NCBI GenBank assembly: GCA_040263855.1
Contig: JBDQJL010000003.1
Coordinates: 34,780-98,779 of the forward strand
Reading direction: 5' to 3'
DNA: 64,000 bases
Origin: Luminiphilus sp.
GTDB lineage: Bacteria > Pseudomonadota > Gammaproteobacteria > Pseudomonadales > Halieaceae
A program made the position numbers and the translations under genes. Below, piece after piece: positions 19,925-30,291 of the stretch. Numbering within the stretch: position 1 is the first letter of the stretch; every line of letters starts with the position of its first letter. Under the pieces are notes generated by a model. That model was given only the letters and a program-made list of their open reading frames with translations. It was not told the DNA's origin and did not search any database.

Positions 19925-20614
19925 TTAGGGTTGAATTGCGGTGGCGAGTTGACGATATCCTGCGCCCATCGGTTCGACAACTGACAGGCCGCGCTCTCGC
20001 AACCGTGGGGCAATGGGATACATACAGGTGCACCCCAATACCACCGTGCTATCGGGATGCCTTGCGTTGACGTGCTGAATGGCATCGGTAATCTGACCAA
20101 GTGTTGTGATCCCACAGGCTTGCACCGTTGCCATCGCCTCCAGCGGTCCGGATGCAGTGTCTAGCAGCGTGTCGTCAGACAAGTGCACGATCTCATCGCA
20201 GTATTGCCTCAGGTTATTGTCAGCGAGCATTGCGTCATAAATAAAACGCATTGCAGGCGGCCAGAGCGTCACGATACTGAAACGACTCGTTGACGTTAAC
20301 GCGTATTGGATGCCACCTGATCCCGCCCCCATCACAGGGATTGAAAGCACTTGGTTGAGCGCGCTGAGGCCATAGTCGCCAACGGTATTAATGTAAATCG
20401 CATCGGCACCGGCGTTAGCCGCTTCTAGGCCGGCGGCCAAGTAGGCTTGCTCACACCTCAGCCGATCATCCGGTGTGAGCGGAAAGGAGGCGCCAGGTAC
20501 TGGTAATAAAACCGTATCGATGCCACTCATCTGCAGCGGTATCGGCACATCGACATAATCGAGTACTGGGGTTGCATCGCCAGAACCCAATACTGCAATA
20601 CTGATTGACTTCAT
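19925..20614 (-). CDS. Asp/Glu/hydantoin racemase family protein
   Basis: GADAIYINTVGDYGL...IPVMGAG; VVLGCTCM; VVEP. Confidence 0.8.
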   Translation of the reverse strand: MKSISIAVLGSGDATPVLDYVDVPIPLQMSGIDTVLLPVPGASFPLTPDDRLRCEQAYLAAGLEAANAGADAIYINTVGDYGLSALNQVLSIPVMGAGSGGIQYALTSTSRFSIVTLWPPAMRFIYDAMLADNNLRQYCDEIVHLSDDTLLDTASGPLEAMATVQACGITTLGQITDAIQHVNARHPDSTVVLGCTCMYPIAPRLRERGLSVVEPMGAGYRQLATAIQP

Positions 20615-20909
20615 AGAGAAGCTCTTAGAATTGACACTGATCGTGTTGTAAAAATCTCATGCCCACTGGTTATCAGCACTCACCGTGACCCCCATTAATC
20701 TCCTGCGGCGATCGGAAACCGCGCGTGTCACACATCATTATACGGGTAACGTGGCGTGAGGGATCGATCATCCTGAGTGACAGCGATATGCCCAGGAGTA
20801 GAGAGAGTTTTTTTGACAAGCCACCCAAGCCCATAAAGCCAGGGGCCAAGTTTACTGTAGCCGGATGGCAGTTGAGATTCAGCCGTTTGCTGGCCTGTTA
20901 GATGCATTA

Positions 20910-21314
20910 CTAGTGACTAATGAGAAGGATTAATAGCGCCAGTAACTGAATCATATTGATGCCGACAGACCATCGGTGCAGGCGAGCAAATTGATGCCCT
21001 GCAGCAGCATCGCCACCGAGCTCGGCGTCGCGGAGTTGGTTGATGCGCGGCACCAGCACTTGCCGTACCCACCCGGTGGAGCCGGCAATAATGAAACAGA
21101 TCGCGGCCGACAGGGGTGACGTCATAGCAAAGCAGAGCCCTGCCGCTCCCGCCCCAAGGATGAGCGCTAGGTAGTAACGAGGGAACAAGCGACGTAAGAA
21201 TTGACCGGCCTCGGTTTCAGGAAGGCTTTGGAATACAGCGGGGGCAATACCTGCGGCAAAGAAAACCATGCTGCCCAGCGTGGCAGCGACAATGTATAAC
21301 GCAATCGTCTCCAT
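20910..21314 (-). CDS. DUF4149 (TMEM205-like) membrane protein
   Basis: APAVFQSL...AGQFLRRLFPRYY; PRINQLRD; FARLHRWSV; SD AAGGAG. Confidence 0.85.
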   Translation of the reverse strand: METIALYIVAATLGSMVFFAAGIAPAVFQSLPETEAGQFLRRLFPRYYLALILGAGAAGLCFAMTSPLSAAICFIIAGSTGWVRQVLVPRINQLRDAELGGDAAAGHQFARLHRWSVGINMIQLLALLILLISH

Positions 21315-21324
21315 CAACGGCTCC

Positions 21325-21597
21325 TTATTTCGAACGTTGCTTGTACTGAGTCGGGCAATAGCCTCTGGACACCGTCGGGTCGCGCCGCTGGGCATGCTTC
21401 GTGGTGCGACCTGAAACGCGTTGCCGCCAGTTGCGAAATGCGCGGGGCTTCAACTCGGATCGCATCAATGTAATCACTGCCGCTTCTGTCAGGCCATAAA
21501 GGGTTTCAATGGCCTCGAACGGTGTTCGATCCTCCCATGCCATCTCGATTATGCGAGAGCGGTCAGCGGTAGCGATTTGCGGCAATTGCGAGTTCAT
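21325..21597 (-). CDS. TIGR03643 / DUF2805 family protein
   Basis: RIIEMAWEDRTPFEAI...WRQRVSGRTTKH signature. Confidence 0.88.
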   Translation of the reverse strand: MNSQLPQIATADRSRIIEMAWEDRTPFEAIETLYGLTEAAVITLMRSELKPRAFRNWRQRVSGRTTKHAQRRDPTVSRGYCPTQYKQRSK

Positions 21598-21783
21598 GCT
21601 GCTCACACAGATCTGGTTAACTAGGCCGGTACTCTAGCGAATCTTCCTGCAGAAAGAAGGTGTTGAGCAGTTTGAAGAAAGTGGTGAGCAGGTTGCCCTA
21701 CTGCGACAGGAATAGCCCTTTTTACCCTATTGACGAATACCGTTGCCGCGCCTACGGTGAAATCAAAGGCGGTGAGGTGACGC

Positions 21784-22737
21784 GTGCGAGTATTAGTGGC
21801 AGGTGCTACGGGCTATATGGGTGCAGCGGTGCTGCGAGAGCTAGTGGCGCGTCGCGTGGATGTGGTGGCGTTGGTTCGCCCCGGACGTCCACTACCCGAG
21901 GCAATACGACAGGCGGTGACGGTTATCGAAGCCGATGTTGTTGAGGACGCTGATTGGAGCGAGCACCTGCCAGCCGTCGATGCGGTGATTTCGTGTCTTG
22001 CTAGCCGCAGCGGCGCGCCGGATGATGCGCATAAAGTAGATTATGGTGCTAATCGGCGGTTGTTGGCTTGTGCTGAGCGCCATCGCGTTGATCATTTTGT
22101 CTTGTTATCAGCGATTTGTGTTCAGAAACCGCGGCTGGCATTTCAGAGAGAAAAATTGCGGTTTGAGCGCCTGCTTCATGACTCACCTGTGCCGGCTACG
22201 ATCGTCCGTGCCACCGCTTTTTTCAGATCCTTGGTCGGTCAGATTGATCGGGTCAAGGCCGGTAAGCCATTTCTGCTTTTTGGCAACGGAGAGCTGTCTG
22301 CCTGCAAGCCGATTTCGGATCGTGATTTAGCTTGCTTCATCGTTGACCAGCTCGACCAACACCGCGAGGGTACTGTGGTGCGCCCGATTGGGGGCCCTGG
22401 GCCAGCGATAGCGCCCGCGGCGCAAGCAGCCATGCTTTGCAGCGCTGCCAATATGCCGCTTAAGACCCGATCGCTCCCGCCGCAAATGTTTGACTGGTTT
22501 CGTTGGCTGCTGACGCCGTTAGCTTTATTTTCTCCCGATTTCGCAAAGCGGGTAGAGTTTCTGCGTATTGCTAAGTTCTATGCGACGGAGTCGATGCTCT
22601 GTTGGGACCATGAAAATCAGCGTTACGATGCTGATAGCACCCCCGAGTTTGGAAGCGATACGCTGGCCGCTTTTTATCGAGCAGTCTTGTCCGGAAGCGA
22701 GTCCCCCCCCGAGCGAGGGGAACACCGGTTATTTTAG
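21784..22737 (+). CDS. bciA: NADPH-dependent divinyl chlorophyllide 8-vinyl reductase (BciA/DVR type)
   Basis: GATGYMG; VISCLASRSG; HFVLLSAICVQKP; RATAFFRSL; ACKPISDRDLA; YATESML, all typical of BciA/plant DVR. Confidence 0.85.
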   Translation: MRVLVAGATGYMGAAVLRELVARRVDVVALVRPGRPLPEAIRQAVTVIEADVVEDADWSEHLPAVDAVISCLASRSGAPDDAHKVDYGANRRLLACAERHRVDHFVLLSAICVQKPRLAFQREKLRFERLLHDSPVPATIVRATAFFRSLVGQIDRVKAGKPFLLFGNGELSACKPISDRDLACFIVDQLDQHREGTVVRPIGGPGPAIAPAAQAAMLCSAANMPLKTRSLPPQMFDWFRWLLTPLALFSPDFAKRVEFLRIAKFYATESMLCWDHENQRYDADSTPEFGSDTLAAFYRAVLSGSESPPERGEHRLF

Positions 22738-22749
22738 AAACTGATGGCG

Positions 22750-23199
22750 TCAGTCGCTGAGATCTTCCCCTAAATTGATGGTCGAAGTGCGCTTTGACGC
22801 CCAGCTCAATATCGCCAATGACAATGCTAATAGCAGTACTGCGCCGGCCTCAAAAAGCAGTTTGCTGGGCTCAGCTTCTTTGCCTTGCAAAATAATCAGT
22901 CGGGTAATACCGGTGATAGCGATTAATACGGGCAATGTGACGGGCACACTATGGGTTGCATAATACGCATAGGCCATACCGATCACTTCGAGATAGATGA
23001 AAAGGAGCAGAAGATCCGCGAGTCTAACGCGACCTGCTTCTGCAAAATGGATCAGCTCTAGTGCCACCGCCAACATGGTCAATAAGCTGATGATGACCAG
23101 TAAAATGCGTTCCGCGACACTAAAAAATCCCAGCACGCTGCGATCGACTTTGCGCGTTGCTTCTGGGTAATCATTACCGCCTAGCTGTTTCGACATCAC
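22750..23199 (-). CDS. PsiE family membrane protein
   Basis: LADLLLLFIYLEVIGM...IAITGITRLIIL. Confidence 0.85.
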   Translation of the reverse strand: MMSKQLGGNDYPEATRKVDRSVLGFFSVAERILLVIISLLTMLAVALELIHFAEAGRVRLADLLLLFIYLEVIGMAYAYYATHSVPVTLPVLIAITGITRLIILQGKEAEPSKLLFEAGAVLLLALSLAILSWASKRTSTINLGEDLSD

Positions 23200-23299
23200 C
23201 GCTCTCCCTGCTTTGCCATTATCATCTTTGCGGAACAGTATACGACGTCGTACATGCTTCGCGATGCTTTAACGCAGGCGCCACCTGAATTGGGTGCCA

Positions 23300-24439
23300 T
23301 CACGACAAGGGCGGGATGACTTTTTCGGCGGGTATCCATGGCAGTGCAGTAATCTCCGCTTCTCGCCAGTCATCCCCTGCATCTAACCAAACGGTTGTGC
23401 CCGGTGTGGCCAAGGTGTGGGGTACGTTCACTAAAGCAATATTATGCGCCAAGCGCGGTGAATAAACGTAGCGCGTGACGTGTCCTACCACCGTCTCGTC
23501 GACCTTGATAGGCATAAAATGGGCGTTCGGTCGAACGGGGTCACCACCGAAATTGGCGCCGACGAGGCGTCTTTCGGAGCCGGTTTTTGCGATGGCCTGC
23601 AAAGCGCTTTTACCCACATAGTCCTGTTCCTTGTCGATATCGAGCAATCGTTCCATGCCAATGGTGAAAGGGTTGTCGTTCAGTGTGATATCACTGCAAT
23701 AAGACAGTAGACCACCTTCGACGCTGCGCGCTAGTGAGGGGCAGGCCGGTTGAATGTCATATTCGGCGCCCGCCGCCATGCATCGATCCCACAGTTCCGT
23801 GCCGCGACCACTATCGAGCAGGATAATTTCATAGCCCAATTCGCCGCTCCATCCGGTACGGCTCAATACCACCGGAATATCGCCGACGGACGCGTGGGTA
23901 AAATGGTAGTAACCCAATTCGATTGCGAGATCACCGAACAACTTATGGGCGACATGAGGTGCCAATGGGCCTTGTAGTTGCAACGGAGACGCGTCGGGTT
24001 CTCTGACGGTCACATTGAGACCGCTTTGCGCAGCAACACCCTTTGCCCACAGCAGCACATCGCCGTCACCTGGCGATAACCAAAAGTGATTCTCGGCGTG
24101 ACGGTACAGCACCGCATCGTTGATGATGCCACCATTTTCGTCGACAAAAACCACATAGCGTGCTCGGTGAACAGGACATTGCTCAACATCTCGTGGTGTC
24201 AAGATTTGAGTGAGTGCTAATGCATCTGGGCCGATGATCTCTATCTGCCGTTCAGCAGAAACGTCCCATAACGAAACGCCTTTTACGATAGCCCAGTACT
24301 CCGCATCTGTGTCGCCGTAGCTGGTTGGCATGAACATATGGTTATAAATCGTAAAGGCCTTGGCGCCTGCGCTAATAGTGGCGTCGTAAAAAGGGGACTT
24401 GCGGACTCTGGGCCCAATGGTGATCGCGGGATGACTCAT
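23300..24439 (-). CDS. GcvT-family THF-dependent aminomethyltransferase, DmdA-like
   Basis: GPRVRKSPF...FTIYNHMFMP...LWDVSAERQIEIIGPDA; SRTGWSGELGYE; SD GGGAGG before ATG 24439. Confidence 0.85.
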   Translation of the reverse strand: MSHPAITIGPRVRKSPFYDATISAGAKAFTIYNHMFMPTSYGDTDAEYWAIVKGVSLWDVSAERQIEIIGPDALALTQILTPRDVEQCPVHRARYVVFVDENGGIINDAVLYRHAENHFWLSPGDGDVLLWAKGVAAQSGLNVTVREPDASPLQLQGPLAPHVAHKLFGDLAIELGYYHFTHASVGDIPVVLSRTGWSGELGYEIILLDSGRGTELWDRCMAAGAEYDIQPACPSLARSVEGGLLSYCSDITLNDNPFTIGMERLLDIDKEQDYVGKSALQAIAKTGSERRLVGANFGGDPVRPNAHFMPIKVDETVVGHVTRYVYSPRLAHNIALVNVPHTLATPGTTVWLDAGDDWREAEITALPWIPAEKVIPPLS

Positions 24440-24696
24440 GTTTTCCTCCCAAAGCAGCCATTTTGAGGTGGCGATTGATGCCGCTGGTTGCGGCGGTAAT
24501 GATCGTGGACAGCGCGCTATAGGTGCGTCGATTGTGCCGCTGAACATTCCAGAAGCAAAGCGAAAGGTACTGCTCTACAAACGTTGCTTGGCCTGTCTTT
24601 TAACCGCCTGAGGTTATTGAGTGAGAAGGCGTTAGGGTCGTTTGATTCTCCCGATCCTAACGCATCTGCCCTGTCACAAAGGCTCTGCTCAAAGGG

Positions 24697-25998
24697 CTAA
24701 GCAGCTGCTTCGGTGAGTGTGAGTTCGGCCGAGGGGTCATAGTCTTGTTCAGCGACCGGTTCGACTGTTGATTCCGGTTCATCGCCGGCACGCGGATCTT
24801 GCTCAAAAGCCACAGGTGCCATCGCAGAGGTTGAAGGAATAAAGGCACTCTGATCGTCGATACCGACTGAGGTCTTGCCCGGTGGCTGAAACGCAATGAA
24901 AATCCCTGTGGCAACACTGGCGCATCCCAGCAGACCGAAAAGTGCTTCATTGCCCATGAGCCGCATCGCCCAGCCGATGATGACTGAGCCGCCTGCAGAG
25001 CCCAGTGCGCAGAGCAGCAATACGGAGGAGCCGAGCGTGACAAACTCGTCTCGCTTCGAGTTGTCCGCCGCTTTAGCAAGGGAGATCGCGTACAGGGAGT
25101 TCGCTGCCGCACCAAAGGCAAAAGCGCCTATTAGTAACTCCTGCTGTGTTTCGGCATAGAGGAGTCCAAACGCCGATAAGCCGCTAGCGGCACACAGTGC
25201 TGACAAGACAAAACGTCGATCAATTCTGTCGGACGCCATACCAATAGGATACTGCGCGAGCGCACCGCCGATGATATTGGCGGCGATAAAAGCGGGAACA
25301 AAAGACGGGTCGTTTGTTTTCGCGAGAGCATAGATAGCGCCTAGCGCCCAAAAGCTACCCGTAATCACCCCAGATCCTAATCCGCCTGCGAAGGCCGTGT
25401 GCGAACGTCGGTAGAGCTTAGAAAAGCTAAACCGTGTGGCTGGCACCGGTACCGGCGCTAATGATCGCGTTAAGCTGACAGGCACGATGGCGCAACCGAC
25501 TAGCAGAGAGACCACAATAAAGGGGTAAAGAGGGTTCGTGTCTGCCAACCCCAGCAGATATTGTCCTACCGCCATTGAAGTCAGCACGATCGCCGTATAG
25601 ACCGCCAAGATCCGACCATGGCGACTGGCATCGGTTTGCTCGGTCAGCCAACTTTCGATCACGGTGTAGGCACCACACATGACTGCCCCAAGCACGAAGC
25701 GGATGGATATCCAGAAAAAACCATGGTCCACCAGGCTTAGAAAAAGAAAGCTACATAAGAAAATCGCCATGAGTGCCGTAAAGCTGCGAATGTGGCCCAC
25801 TCGCGCAATAACGGGCGGTGTCAGCAACGCGCCAGTCATAAAGCCGGCAAAGTAGGCGGAACCACTCAGTCCGATCAGCGTTTGGGACAGCCCAAGCTCG
25901 CTCGCACGAAGCGGCAAAAAGGTCATGTGCAGGCCGTGGCCCGCCAGCAAAAAAGCCGTCGTGAACAGGAGCGAAGATATCGGTCGAAGCGTGCTCAT
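24697..25998 (-). CDS. MFS transporter (YcaD-like)
   Basis: ARVGHIRSF, VIESWL, QYPIGMASDRIDRR motifs. Confidence 0.9.
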   Translation of the reverse strand: MSTLRPISSLLFTTAFLLAGHGLHMTFLPLRASELGLSQTLIGLSGSAYFAGFMTGALLTPPVIARVGHIRSFTALMAIFLCSFLFLSLVDHGFFWISIRFVLGAVMCGAYTVIESWLTEQTDASRHGRILAVYTAIVLTSMAVGQYLLGLADTNPLYPFIVVSLLVGCAIVPVSLTRSLAPVPVPATRFSFSKLYRRSHTAFAGGLGSGVITGSFWALGAIYALAKTNDPSFVPAFIAANIIGGALAQYPIGMASDRIDRRFVLSALCAASGLSAFGLLYAETQQELLIGAFAFGAAANSLYAISLAKAADNSKRDEFVTLGSSVLLLCALGSAGGSVIIGWAMRLMGNEALFGLLGCASVATGIFIAFQPPGKTSVGIDDQSAFIPSTSAMAPVAFEQDPRAGDEPESTVEPVAEQDYDPSAELTLTEAAA

Positions 25999-26223
25999 GA
26001 TGGTTATTACAGAGTGTGAAGAAGGCGAGCATTTTGCCGAAAAACGGTTAGCCTGCAAGCCACAAATTAGTGAATTTTTGGCGGCGACGATGGCACCGAC
26101 AAAAGTACCTCGCGCGACACCGACTATGCCGGCCTGAGGTACTTTGAAAAACGTCTCTGAACCGGTATGAATAGCGTCTGAGAGCCCCGTGATATTGCCG
26201 GCTTCCCCGTGCGTGGGTGCTTT

Positions 26224-27147
26224 TTACCCTGAGGTGAAAGCTGGCCAGCCCGCGGTGGTGAGACCACGATCGTTAATCAGGCGATGTAAGGCCGAGATGT
26301 GGGCTGGGCCCACTTCGCAACAGCCGCCAATAATGGTGGCGCCCATATCGAGCCATTGCGTTGCGAACAGTGCGTATTGATCGGGGTTGAGGTCATTTCT
26401 CGCTTCCAGCACATCCACTACGCCGCCAGGTTCCAGCGCATCAATGGCGGTAAAGCCGTTGGCATAGGCGCCAAATGGCCGCCCCGACGCCGCTAACACG
26501 GGAAGCGCTTGTGAGACCGCTTCAGGCTTTGAGCAATTGATGACCACCGCTAGGGGATCCCAAGGAGTAATCGCCTCAAGCGTCTCCGAGAGGGATTCTC
26601 CCGAGCGCAGTAGCAGCCCATTATCGTCTGTGACCGTTAAGCCAAGCATGATGCGTGTGTTTGCTTGAGCCGCTGCGGTCAGCACAGCCTTGGCTTCTGC
26701 GATCGAGGGAATCGTCTCAGCAATGAAGCCATCGACAGCGTCTATTTGTAGTGCAATCAGTTCGCTGTACTCATCTACCATCTGCTCAAATGGCAACTGC
26801 GTATCGGCGCGATAGCTGGCTACCAGTGGCGGCAGTGAACTAATTAGCGCCGTATCGGGGCAGTGTGCTGCTTCGATACCCTTTTGCGCTAATTCCCGAG
26901 CGCGATCAAGGTGCGTTGCTAACGGGGCTAATCCCTCGCCACGGGCTAGGCGCGCGCGGGTGACTGCATAAGTATTGAGGCATGCGACTTGCGCGCCAGC
27001 ACGACAGAAATCGCGATGGACCTCCGAGACTAAGTCGGGTTCTTCCAGCATGACCTGCAAGGACCAATGATGATGCGCGGGATCGGGGCTGCGGCGGATG
27101 AGTTCCTGGCCTAATCCGCCATCGAGGAGGAGTACATCTTGCGTCAT
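26224..27147 (-). CDS. Homocysteine S-methyltransferase family protein
   Basis: LLDGGLGQEL; INCS and IGGCCEVGP Zn-binding cysteines; GAYANGF. Confidence 0.9.
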   Translation of the reverse strand: MTQDVLLLDGGLGQELIRRSPDPAHHHWSLQVMLEEPDLVSEVHRDFCRAGAQVACLNTYAVTRARLARGEGLAPLATHLDRARELAQKGIEAAHCPDTALISSLPPLVASYRADTQLPFEQMVDEYSELIALQIDAVDGFIAETIPSIAEAKAVLTAAAQANTRIMLGLTVTDDNGLLLRSGESLSETLEAITPWDPLAVVINCSKPEAVSQALPVLAASGRPFGAYANGFTAIDALEPGGVVDVLEARNDLNPDQYALFATQWLDMGATIIGGCCEVGPAHISALHRLINDRGLTTAGWPAFTSG

Positions 27148-27261
27148 GGTTGGGGTGCTCTCATGGATAGATCGTCAGTGGATGGTGGATGATAGTCGCC
27201 TTGAGGTGGTTATACTGTTGTGTCCTGCGGATATCAACCAACGGTGAAGTCGCGTCTAAGC

Positions 27262-27487
27262 TTACGATGCAAAAACATCTTCACGAGCAGCAACGAGCTG
27301 GCTGCGATCAGTGCCATCTAAGACGACCGGCGTGATCTTTCGCGATGACACAGTGAATGCTCCGCTCAGGGAGATGGTCCCGCCGGCCAGTAACGACCAC
27401 TTCTTCCAGACTGGCGGTGTCTTCGTGCGCAGATACAGTTTGCGGAAGCAACAGTAAGGCGCCTGCGATGTAATGAATAATGCGCAT
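27262..27487 (-). pseudogene. 5' remnant of a TonB-dependent receptor gene
   Basis: MRIIHYIAGALLLLPQTVSA signal peptide, then HEDTASLEEVVVTGRR TonB-box-like segment; frame closes at 27308 with no barrel. Confidence 0.65.
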
Positions 27488-27752
27488 TGAAAAATAGCAG
27501 CGAGCGTTAAAGAGTAATGTGGCGTTATAAACACTGGGCACACCTTAACTGCTTGCTTAGCGAAACACCGTCGCCCCCTGTAATCAAAGAGGCCGGCACT
27601 ATATACCTGCCGGCGCACAATAATAAAGCCAGGTCATTCTCGGTTGAAGGTGCTAATGTCAACGGATACTGATTTGAAACCGTTGCGATTGCGCCAGTTT
27701 TGTTATGCTCGGATTCGAATTCCAATGGCCATAGTTAAAGAGAGTTAGGTTT

Positions 27753-29252
27753 TTGTCGCAACAAGTCGATCGAGTCAATTTTTCGATTACGGTTATTGTG
27801 CTGTTGAGCATGTCGATACCGTTACTCGTTTTTCCCGAACAAAGTGCCGTCGTTCTCAAAACCGCCTATGCGTGGATCGCTGAGACGTTTGGTTGGTTCT
27901 ATATTCTGACCGGCGCCGCAGCCCTCGCGATCGTTTTATATATTGGCATGAGCCGTTTTGGTAAAATCAAGTTAGGTGACGGTGAGCCAGAATTCACCAC
28001 GGTCAGTTGGATTTCGATGCTATTTGCGGCGGGCATTGGCGCGGGCCTTATGTACTGGAGCGGTATCGAGTGGGCCTATTACGTACAGGCGCCCCCCTTT
28101 AAAGCTGAGCCGTTTTCTCATGAGGCTTATTTGTGGTCGTCATCCTATGGACTGCATCATTGGGGCTTTGTCGCGTGGGCGCTATATTGCCTGCCCACAC
28201 TGGCAATTGCCTATCCGTTCTATGTGCGGCGAATCCCACAGTTGAAATACAGTCTTTCGGCACACTATTGGCTTAAAGGGCGAGAGAGCTCTGCGCTAGC
28301 CCGATTGATGGACAGCTTCTTTATGGTCGCTTTAATTGGGGGTGCGGGGAGCTCACTGGGTTTTTCTACGCCCCTGATTGCCGCGTTTATCGAACGATTG
28401 ATAGGCATACCAGCTAATTTTGCGCTTGAGTTAATGGTGGTTGCCATTTGTGTTGTGGTGTTTGCAGGCAGTGTGTGGCTGGGCCTTCAAGAGGGTATCC
28501 GACGGCTCAGTAACTTCAATATCGTTTTGGCACTATTGTTTCTCGCAACGGTATTACTGGCCAGCGACACCCTGTTTTTATTAAAGATGGCGGTGAACTC
28601 CTTAGGATTTTTATTCCAGAACACCCTCGCTATGACTTTCTGGACAGATCCAATTGATAACACCGGGTTTGTGGGTGACTGGACTGTCTTTTACTGGGCT
28701 TGGTGGATTGCCTATGGACCCTTTGTAGGTCTATTTGTGACCCGAATTTCCCGTGGCCGGACCATCCGAGAGGTTGTCGTTGGTATGTTGCTACTGGGTT
28801 CGCTCGGCGTGTGGTTGTTTTTCCTCGTGCTGGGTAATCACAGTCTCGGTTTGCAATTGAGCGGGGAGCTCGATGTCGTGGGCATCATGCAATCCTCCGG
28901 TGGAAATGCCGCCGTGGTGGCGGGCCTCAATACGCTACCCATGGCGGCGCTCATTATTGGCGTATTTGCCGTTGTCGCCGTCATTTTTGTTGCGACAACC
29001 TATGACAGCGCGTCTTACACCTTGGCAGCTACTGCGACGCAATCATTGGACGCTTCAGAAGACCCTCCTCGATGGCACCGTGTGTTCTGGGCGATTGCGA
29101 TTGCCGTATTGCCGATAGGACTCATGTATGCCGGTGGTATTAAAGAAGCCCAAACCGCAACCCTAGTGGTGTCTTTGCCACTGACCTTTACCTTTTGGTT
29201 ATCGGGATGGGCGTTATTAAAATCACTACATGAAGATCATCCTGCTCGATAA
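27753..29252 (+). CDS. BCCT family (betaine/carnitine/choline) transporter
   Basis: SWISMLFAAGIG, HHWG..AWALY, WTVFYWAWWIAYGPFVGLFVTRISRGRTIRE. Confidence 0.93.
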   Translation: MSQQVDRVNFSITVIVLLSMSIPLLVFPEQSAVVLKTAYAWIAETFGWFYILTGAAALAIVLYIGMSRFGKIKLGDGEPEFTTVSWISMLFAAGIGAGLMYWSGIEWAYYVQAPPFKAEPFSHEAYLWSSSYGLHHWGFVAWALYCLPTLAIAYPFYVRRIPQLKYSLSAHYWLKGRESSALARLMDSFFMVALIGGAGSSLGFSTPLIAAFIERLIGIPANFALELMVVAICVVVFAGSVWLGLQEGIRRLSNFNIVLALLFLATVLLASDTLFLLKMAVNSLGFLFQNTLAMTFWTDPIDNTGFVGDWTVFYWAWWIAYGPFVGLFVTRISRGRTIREVVVGMLLLGSLGVWLFFLVLGNHSLGLQLSGELDVVGIMQSSGGNAAVVAGLNTLPMAALIIGVFAVVAVIFVATTYDSASYTLAATATQSLDASEDPPRWHRVFWAIAIAVLPIGLMYAGGIKEAQTATLVVSLPLTFTFWLSGWALLKSLHEDHPAR

Positions 29253-29361
29253 CCATCGGTGACGCGACGCGGTCCACTGCCTGCGTGATCGAGCGTGAGC
29301 ACGGCTTTTCAGCAGTACCCGGCGAGTGAGGAGTGATCGATATCAAAAGGGGGGTGAGACC

Positions 29362-30144
29362 ATGGTAGATCAAGCGGTTGCGCTCATTACGGCAGGAGCT
29401 TCAGGGATTGGTCTGACCTGCGCGCGTGCGCTCTCAGCAGCGGGTTACTCCGTTGTGACTATGGATATTGATGCCGCCGCTGTAACAGCGTTTCAGGCCG
29501 AATTTGGCGATCAAACAGCGGTAGTGTGCGATGTATCAGATGCCCAGCAGGTCGCTAAAGCATGGGGTCAGCTCATCAAATCCTCCCAGCGCATCGATGT
29601 ATTGATCAATAACGCCGGTATTGCCGGCCCCCAGCAGCCGGTTGAAGAGATTGATGTCGCGAGCTGGCAGCAGACCATCAACACTGACCTGAACAGCAGC
29701 TTTTATATTACCCGTCTGGTGATTCCGTTAATGAAAGCGCAGCGCAGTGGCGTCATTCTTAATATGTCTTCAAGTGCGGGTCGATACGGTTGTCCACTGC
29801 GGTCGCCCTATGTCGCAGCCAAGTGGGCGGCGATTGGTCTGGCGCAGACGTGGGCGATGGAGTTAGGTCCCTGGAACATTCGGGTGAATGCGCTCTGCCC
29901 GGGCAGTGTTGGTGGCGAGAGGATTGATCGAGTCATCACTCGCGATGCAACAGAGCGTGGCGTTGATCCTGACGTAATAAGGAAAATATATCAGCGCCAG
30001 AGCTCTTTGCGTGCGTTTGCGAGTGCAGAGGATATTGCGGCAATGGTGTGCTTCCTGGTGGGGCCTGGTGGCCAAATGATCTCAGGTCAGACGATCGGTA
30101 TTGATGGGCACACAGAGAGCTTGGCTAATTGGCTAGATGCCTAG
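29362..30144 (+). CDS. SDR family oxidoreductase
   Basis: TAGASGIG, INNAG, YVAAK, VNALCPG. Confidence 0.92.
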   Translation: MVDQAVALITAGASGIGLTCARALSAAGYSVVTMDIDAAAVTAFQAEFGDQTAVVCDVSDAQQVAKAWGQLIKSSQRIDVLINNAGIAGPQQPVEEIDVASWQQTINTDLNSSFYITRLVIPLMKAQRSGVILNMSSSAGRYGCPLRSPYVAAKWAAIGLAQTWAMELGPWNIRVNALCPGSVGGERIDRVITRDATERGVDPDVIRKIYQRQSSLRAFASAEDIAAMVCFLVGPGGQMISGQTIGIDGHTESLANWLDA

Positions 30145-30291
30145 TGGTGACAGGTGCATCTTGCATTGCTGGGTGGCGGACAGCATGGGGCTTTGTGATG
30201 ACGCAGTGCTGCTTGCCGCAGTCAACGATGCAGCACTGGTCCCTGACGTTCCGTTTTAGAGAACTACCCAGTTTATTAGGAGTGTGATGCG

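Noticed and set aside
24440-24696. Glycine riboswitch upstream of the gcvT-like gene
   Set aside because: Only fragments (GGAGA, CTCAGG) and one hairpin (24629-24663) are present; the conserved GCCGAAG cores are missing. An Rfam/Infernal scan would settle it
26102-26145. 10-bp inverted repeat AAAGTACCTC/GAGGTACTTT
   Set aside because: 24-nt loop and single occurrence; could be a weak terminator or operator but is unsupported
27490-27750. Cobalamin riboswitch near the TonB remnant and methyltransferase
   Set aside because: No convincing GGGAA / GCCACTG / B12-box arrangement on either strand
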